From NCBI GenBank assembly GCA_010015805.1, contig ML978129.1, positions 124,001-188,000 on the forward strand: a stretch of 64,000 nt of DNA, written 5' to 3'. This document shows, piece after piece, positions 57,699 to 64,000 of this stretch (positions within the stretch are counted from its first letter, which is position 1; every line of letters starts with the position of its first letter). The position numbers were made by a program, and so were the translations under genes. The DNA is from Rhizodiscina lignyota (lineage: Eukaryota). Below the pieces are notes generated by a model. The model worked only from the letters and a program-made list of their open reading frames with translations. It was not told where the DNA came from and ran no database searches.

Positions 57699-59843
57699 AT
57701 GGAAGCCTCGCCGCTCACACAGCAGAGTCGGCCAGAGACTTTTCAGCCCAAGGTCGTACATCTCTATGAGAGACTCTTCAGGGTAGGGAAGCTGCGAATC
57801 AGCATTAGACTTGTCGCTCACGGACTACAGGACGATGAGGACCAAATCGAAGAGAGAACTGAGGGTTTCTGGCGAGAGTTGTTCCTACTCAGACCTGACC
57901 CTGCAAGCTTCCGTCACATTCTCGAAGAACTGAACGCAGACGATCTTTTGCACCTGCAGGTACTACTCTCAGGGCCCTGCAACTGAGCTGTTCTAATACT
58001 TACCTGCACAAGGCCCATACTCAGGATTTCGTCGTTCGAGCGGTTGAATGCCTCAAAGCCCAGTCCGGCCCGTCAGACGAGAACGCACTTGAGGTGAGCT
58101 GCAACTTACCCCATACCACCGCTGCTGGTTCGACTTACCAACCAGACCTTGACAGTGTTCCTAGGTGTCGTCCTCGACAAACGATACACGAATCCGAGCT
58201 CCGATATAATACAAGTGATTGCGGGTTTGGACAATGCAGACACAGTCTTCTCAGACCTCGTGGCCTCTCTGGACTCCATAATACGCAATGGGCGAAATTG
58301 TGAGGGTTTATATTGTGCTAACAGAGGGCTTGGCTGACGGTCTGATAGTGTCTATACGCCGGAAGGCTATCAAGGCAGCTCTCTCAGCGACAGCGGGAGC
58401 TTATCAGACTGGCCTTGTCTCGTACTTCACTCATCGAGATCTCTTTCCCTCTCTAATGAAGGTGCGTATCGGATCATGTTGCAAATATCAATAACTGACG
58501 AATACTAGTACGTTCAAGATTCCGAGAACAGCGCCGACACCATTGAAGAATTCATACTCCTCGGACTCCTTGCAAACTACAATAGATTTGAGTTCCAGAA
58601 TCCATATCGTATGCGACTGGATGACTTTGTCAACGATACGATCATAAAGAAAATTGTTCTAGCGGTAGGAGACACTTGCAAGCTAGCAAAAGACAAGTAT
58701 ATCGCCATCCAGAATGACATGCCGGAAGGTTGGAACTTTGGTAGTACTCTCTCTTACCTCGGACTTGGTGCACTGACGCCTGGATCGCGACCATCCACTC
58801 CAACTGTATCAGATGAAGTTGCAAGGCTTCGTTTCGCGGACCTTCCTGGACCAGAAGCTGCAATGCTGTTGTCGACCTACGACTTTGTCAACTCGAACAA
58901 ATTGTTCTGCTTCAACCTAGTCACCTTACCTGCTGAAGGCAAAGGCCAAGCAACTCCATTCAGCGAATATCTCTCACTGACGTCGTATTTCCTCCAACAT
59001 GCTCATCGCTCCCGTCGCGCAACATTTTATACGGAAATGAACCTGTTCGTAATGCTCATCTTGATTGAGGATCAAGTACTCGCGAAAAGGATATGCGGCG
59101 AAGAAAGCAAGACCACCGTACGGCTATGTCGCCAACGCCAACCATTTTTGCCGCCTGTCTCTGCGGCGAGGCCTTTGGCAGCTGTTATGATGGATATACT
59201 TGTGGACGGTATTAATCACAACTTACGACGGAAGCTGGATGTTGAACTTTACCATCTGTGCTTGAGCATCCTACATCGTATCGTGTCCTTTCTCGGCATG
59301 TCGCGACAACGATTTTCCTACCACTGGTCCGAGATGTGGCGCAGCCTGTTGTCTTTCATTCGGTTCTTGAACACGTATGCGGCAGACATCAAGCCTCTTC
59401 CTGGAGCTAAAGAGATGGTCATTGAGTTGGTAAATCTGATTGCGCTTTCTCTATCGACTGGCGATGCTTTCCTTCCTGATCCTGCGTCTTACGATGACTT
59501 GTTCTACAAGCTCGTCGAAACTGGCGAGATACTTACAAAATTCCGCGATACATATGATCTGTCAAAGGGAACGGCCTCTCCATCAATTGGTATACTCATC
59601 AACGTATCGAGCCATTATCATCAATTACTCGAAAGCGAAGGAAAGCACAAGTTTAGCAAGAAGACGATGAGCCCTAGAGAGGTGAACAATATCATCAAAC
59701 AGGGCTACGACACGCTATCTATCGAAGCAAAGGAAGGTCTGGAGCACTGGACCAAGTATCGGGAAGCAGATCATAGAGTGGAGCTGAAACGAATTGCACG
59801 AATTGCAGTGGAGGATGCAAAGGCTCTGATCCATGAACCTTGA
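57699..59843 (+). CDS. DUF1741/UPF0668 (ARMH3/C10orf76-like) protein; introns 57783-57830, 57960-58012, 58094-58145, 58300-58348, 58462-58508
   Basis: Five GT-AG introns give a continuous frame: PKVVHLYERLF, FWRELFLL, LLGLLANYNRFEFQNPY, RLCRQRQPFLP, YHWSEMWRSL, GDAFLPDPASYDDLFYKL and IKQGYDTLSI. Confidence 0.85.
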
Positions 59844-61121
59844 TGCAGACGATCGATCGCCGAAAATATCCAGCTTCAAATGTCCGGAACCAACAACTAC
59901 GACGCCCTCAACAAGATGCGAGATCTAGACCAGATATAGTAATTACGTGGCCAAATTCAAATTCCCGCAATCTGGACTTTTGTGCGAACGTGGCCTACTG
60001 TACGAGGACTCTTAACGTGGTTCGATTTCACTAATCCCACACAAGATGAATATTTTTCGGCGAAAATTCGGCGATGCTCCGTGTCCTTTCTGCGCCGTCT
60101 TCTCGGAGGTTCAATCGGATGCCTGAACCAAAATCGATCGCATGAGAAAGTACGAAAACCCATACACCGAAACATACCAGAGAGCTTTGCAAGGGCGTGA
60201 ATCTTCCGACACCTCACCCAGCTCCTGCAGGTAACCTGACGCACAGCTTGCGGGCCGAGATGCTTCCGGAGCGAAGACGACCACCTCTACTGCCAGTCGA
60301 GCCACATGAACCAATGCATCAATTGGAAAATTGGTCGCATTGGCAGATTAAATCGAACTGGCGCACAGGGCACTGTTAAGCGGGTTAGCTAGATGCTGGA
60401 TAAGCAGTTTGTGCGTAGAGTTGATGATTTCAACGTCCACATTGATCCTTTGAGCGAATCGAGCGAGCGCAATTCATCTTCTATTTCATTTTCAACCGTC
60501 GTTCCAACCATCGCCGAGTCGAAGTTTGGATTTTCAGTCTGTTCATTGTAGAGTATAGCTCATCAAACATGGCGCACACTGGCGTCAGGGGCGTCGCTCT
60601 TTTTGACACCAGCATCTCGTAGTTACGTCCAAAGAGTCTTTCCATTTTTGCAGGCTTTCCCAGTTTCGCCATCTTTCGTACTGTGAGCGGGAATGATATT
60701 TCGGTCCCCTCGTTGAGTGCACCGCACCCGAACTATGAAGTATCAGTACCCAGAAACGGCGGGGTCTCGGTGGCGTTGTACCAACGTCCAGGGGTTTTCG
60801 CCTCAACATTCCTTCGCGATACTGGCTTCTTGAAATCCAAAGATACCATTGGTGAATTGAGCTTGGAAAATTGATACTGGACCAGAGAGCGTTCGAAAGT
60901 TTGAGATGCTAGTGAAAGGAGAAAATGGGTGTGACTAATTCTTGAGGTCGAAAGATGGGAACCATACATCCAAACAAGTCGATTCAACTCAATCGATATT
61001 AGGATCCTCTGCTACCACTCATCCTTTAGTATATTGTAATACGCGATTTCTGATTTATCTTGCGAAGTTCTCAACCCTTTGGTGATTTATGTCCTGTGCG
61101 GCACAATCGCTCCTACGAGAC

Positions 61122-61128
61122 TATAAAA
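61122..61128 (+). promoter_or_regulatory. TATA box
   Basis: TATAAAA followed by a CT-rich tract, about 100 nt upstream of ATG 61225. Confidence 0.6.
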
Positions 61129-61224
61129 GGCCCCCTCTCCCTCTATTCTCTCTTCGTTTCTCTTCATCACATCTCCATCCTCAAATCCATTTACGAAACT
61201 TCAACGCTCCCCCCTTATCCAAAA

Positions 61225-62366
61225 ATGCGCTATCCTCTCGTCTCCCCCGGCGTGTTCGCCATGATCGCCATGGTGGCCAACGGTGCACCCTTGCCCGGCG
61301 ACTCCTTCTCCTCCCTCGTCTTCAACAGCTTTCTTAAAACCCCGAACTTCAGCGTCCTGAGCGCAAAGTGTGAGTACATTGTTTCTATTCTTTGGCTTTT
61401 CCTCATCGCTGTTTCGTCGTTGTTGCAGTGTCCGAGAGAGGTCTGATGAAGACCAAGCCGACCCCGAGCTAACGTATCCGTCTCTGTTTAGTATCCGGCG
61501 TCTCGAAGCAAGCCGAAGCCCTCCACGCTGACGCCGACATTACCGGGATCACCCAGACTGTTCACGACGCCTCGTACACAGCTCTACCAGCTAAGGCCAG
61601 TACCACTACCGTGGATGTGACTGTCACTATCCCCGAGCCAATTGCTGCAGTCGCCGCCGCCACCGTTCAAGGCACCACCCAGACTGCCCACGACACCTCG
61701 TACACAACTCTGCCACTCGAGGCCAGTACAACCACCGTGGATGTGACTGTCACTCTTCCCAAGCCAACTGCTGCGGTCGCTAGCGTCGCCAATCCTGTCA
61801 AGCGTGTCATCCAAGAGGAACACCTGACTGAGTATACGACTATCCCGGCCGGGACCAAGACTATCACCGAGGACGTGACTGTCACTCTCCCCAACCCAAC
61901 TGCTCCGGTTGTCTGGCTCACCACACGCGAATCAACTCCTCTCCATTCCATCATCAAGATTACTGTCACCGGTTCTAACATCGAGCACAGCTTCACCACC
62001 CTTCCCACAGAGACTATCCACTCGACTATCACCGTCAGCCAGCGAGCTGCTCAGATTGTCACCACCCTCCCAACAGAGACTTTCTACTCGACTATGACCC
62101 TCGGCCAGCGAGCCCCTCAAATTGTCACCACACTCCCCGCAGAGACTATCCAATCCACTACCACTGTCTCGCTCCCGACTACATCTATTGACACCACCCT
62201 GGTTGAAAATATCACGGAAGAGATCCACGTGACCTCGACCACGACTCCGCCCGTTTGGAACGACCCCAAGGTTCTCAGCCATATCGCAGAGATGATCTAC
62301 CTTGAAACCGTTGCAACTGCCGTTCCGGAGATTGCTGCGGATATTGCTGCGGAGATTGCTGTTTGA
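61225..62366 (+). CDS. Secreted Thr/Val-rich repeat protein; intron 61370-61491
   Basis: Signal-like N-terminus MRYPLVSPGVFAMIAMVANGAP. A phase-1 GTGAGT...GCTAAC...TAG intron joins ORF 61611-62366. Two families of internal repeats. Confidence 0.78.
61551..62170 (+). repeat. Intragenic tandem repeats: three units of ~126-132 nt and three units of 66 nt
   Basis: ACCCAGACT recurs at 61551 and 61677, with a third GTGACTGTCACT copy near 61875. CACCAC..T.CC..CAGAGACT recurs at 61994, 62060 and 62126. Confidence 0.85.
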
Positions 62367-62607
62367 GCAATAGGCAATCACTTTCGACGAATAGGCGGAA
62401 AGGAATTGGCCGGAGCGTCCGAGACAGGTATTGGGAATGGAGTTTGGGAGTTACTGGATTTTGACGTTTCCCCCAGCATTTCGCAGTCTTCTTCAAGGGT
62501 GAAGGAAAACAGCACCAGTTTCATGTCATGAAGGTGCTTGTTATTCTGTTGACTGTCTTGCTGGTTTCGTTGTAGTAGTAATAGCTCGTTGCTTTCATTA
62601 ATTCACA

Positions 62608-63693
62608 TTACACAACACCATCTTCCGCTCCAGCGTGATGAGAACCATGCGATGTGTGGCTTCCACTGAGCCTCAGGACCCTCTTGACGCCCTCCACGCC
62701 CTTCTTGAAGTGTGGATGGTGCGCCAGTATGCCCTCTCCGAGCCCAATGCCATGCGCACCCTCTTCTCCGTCCTTCATTTCACCATTGTGCAAGCCCATA
62801 GCTACCTCGAGCCCCAGATCTCTGCCGTTCTGTGACTTCTTGAGCCTTCGACCTGCGATTGCGGGTTCTATTGCCGCTACTTTCGGAGGCCATTCACCGT
62901 TTTCTTTCCATCCTTGCACGAGTGACCGCGTCATGTCTACAAGGTTTATGGGAGTCGTGGGAGTTCGTGAAGAGTGGACGATCTTTGTGTAGATGTCTGA
63001 GTAGTGTCTTGGATCGATTGCTGCTCGTAATGGATTCGATGGGTCAATGAGAGGTGGTGGTATTGGGAGCAGTGGGTCGGTCTCTGGTAGCTCTTCCTCT
63101 TTATGTCCATTGAGTTCGCGATCGACAGAGCCTCCAGGAAGCTCAGCTTCGTCCGCCTTTGCTCCCTCCTTATGGCCGCCAGTCGCACTGTGCGCAGATG
63201 GGACATCGCTTCTCCGTCGTGCGCCCGTCCAGCCATTCCGTCTTTCGACAAAACATCTCAATCCCTCATTCCAGCTCATTTCCTCCTCCAGCCTGTCTTT
63301 CCGCCTCCGCTTTCTCTTTGCTATCCTCCGCTCGATCATCCCACCGATGGCATCAGGATTCTCAAACTTGAACTCCTTCGGGCCGTCTTCCTCTCCGCTC
63401 CTGGCTTCTTCCTCTTCCTGCTCTTCCTCTTCCTCGCTCTCGTCTGTAGTACCGTAATATCTCTCCTTATATACTGTGGGTTCGCGGTTCCTGAGCGCGT
63501 GACTCGCGACCTCTGGCGGGGCGTCGGAAGAGGCGGGAGGGCTAGGTGGAGGCCACTCCCAGTCGTTGCGGACGATGCTCAAGAGGTATTTCTTGATCTC
63601 GCGCGACGCAGACTGGTGGGCTTTCGTGTCCATTGTCGCGTTTCGCGCTCGTCGCGTGAGTGGTGAGTCGTTTCGTTGCGGGGTGTTTGTCAT
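62608..63693 (-). CDS. DUF4050/Gag1-like clamp domain protein
   Basis: WNEGLRCFVERRNGWTGAR and YSDIYTKIV...PTTPINLVDMTRSLVQGWKENGEWP motifs. Confidence 0.75.
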   Translation of the reverse strand: MTNTPQRNDSPLTRRARNATMDTKAHQSASREIKKYLLSIVRNDWEWPPPSPPASSDAPPEVASHALRNREPTVYKERYYGTTDESEEEEEQEEEEARSGEEDGPKEFKFENPDAIGGMIERRIAKRKRRRKDRLEEEMSWNEGLRCFVERRNGWTGARRRSDVPSAHSATGGHKEGAKADEAELPGGSVDRELNGHKEEELPETDPLLPIPPPLIDPSNPLRAAIDPRHYSDIYTKIVHSSRTPTTPINLVDMTRSLVQGWKENGEWPPKVAAIEPAIAGRRLKKSQNGRDLGLEVAMGLHNGEMKDGEEGAHGIGLGEGILAHHPHFKKGVEGVKRVLRLSGSHTSHGSHHAGAEDGVV

Positions 63694-64000
63694 GCAAAGG
63701 TCAGCCCAAAGAGTGGCAACATTACAAATGCTAGGGTATCTTGGGTCGTAATATCATTATAGAGAAAGGAATCGAGCCTTTGACTAGTGCGATGCGCTCG
63801 AATATAACGATGGACGCTGCATTGTAGCGAGAGTTCGATGAAAGAGGTGTTTCTCATTGAACGTCATTATTTGCTGATCACCATGGAGGATCGTGGCTGC
63901 ATCTCGCCCGAAAAGCTTGTTTCCCGAAGGAGACATCGTGTTTCTCAACTACACACCTCCATGTTTCTTCAACTACGAACAGAGCTCGTTATTCTGGCCT

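Noticed and set aside
57996..58006. U1 snRNA gene suggested by ATACTTACCTG
   Set aside because: The match lies inside a 53-nt intron and is followed by coding exon. No U1 stem-loops or Sm site. Kept only as an intron-structure finding.
61443..61455. CTGATGA hammerhead core or C/D box in the intron of the Thr-rich gene
   Set aside because: No downstream GAAA with stems II and III, and no D box pairing. Only a small GGTCT/AGACC hairpin is present.

Overview
Gene-dense chromosomal DNA from a filamentous ascomycete (Pezizomycotina; inferred from short GT-AG introns with CTRAY branch points and from the gene content). About 27 protein-coding genes are supported. Conserved housekeeping genes: RSA3, OTU1, RSC1/2-like polybromo, JJJ1, SKI3, VTI1, BDF1, UTP5-like, RVB1, a DUF1741/ARMH3-type gene and an ASPM/Sha1-like CH-IQ protein. 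Accessory genes: an ankyrin/CorA-like protein running off the left edge (missed by the ORF track), a DHA2 MFS pump, an AAA ATPase, a 2OG-Fe(II) dioxygenase, an SPX-RING E3 ligase, an alpha/beta hydrolase, an FAD oxidoreductase, three secreted or repeat-rich proteins and several hypothetical proteins. I found no tRNA, rRNA, CRISPR array or intact transposon, and I cannot demonstrate a new multi-gene system. The best leads are small non-coding signals: (1) a highly self-complementary ~370-nt intergenic element at ~10.16-10.53 kb with mutually exclusive stems and a GUAA tetraloop (ncRNA or solo-LTR remnant); (2) a 20-codon uORF ending Pro-Pro-TAG whose stop directly abuts the ATG of the SPX-RING ligase; (3) in-frame coding-like extensions behind TAG stops; (4) an intron containing a U1-5'-end mimic complementary to its own donor site. 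All family assignments come from motif recognition by eye, not from database searches.
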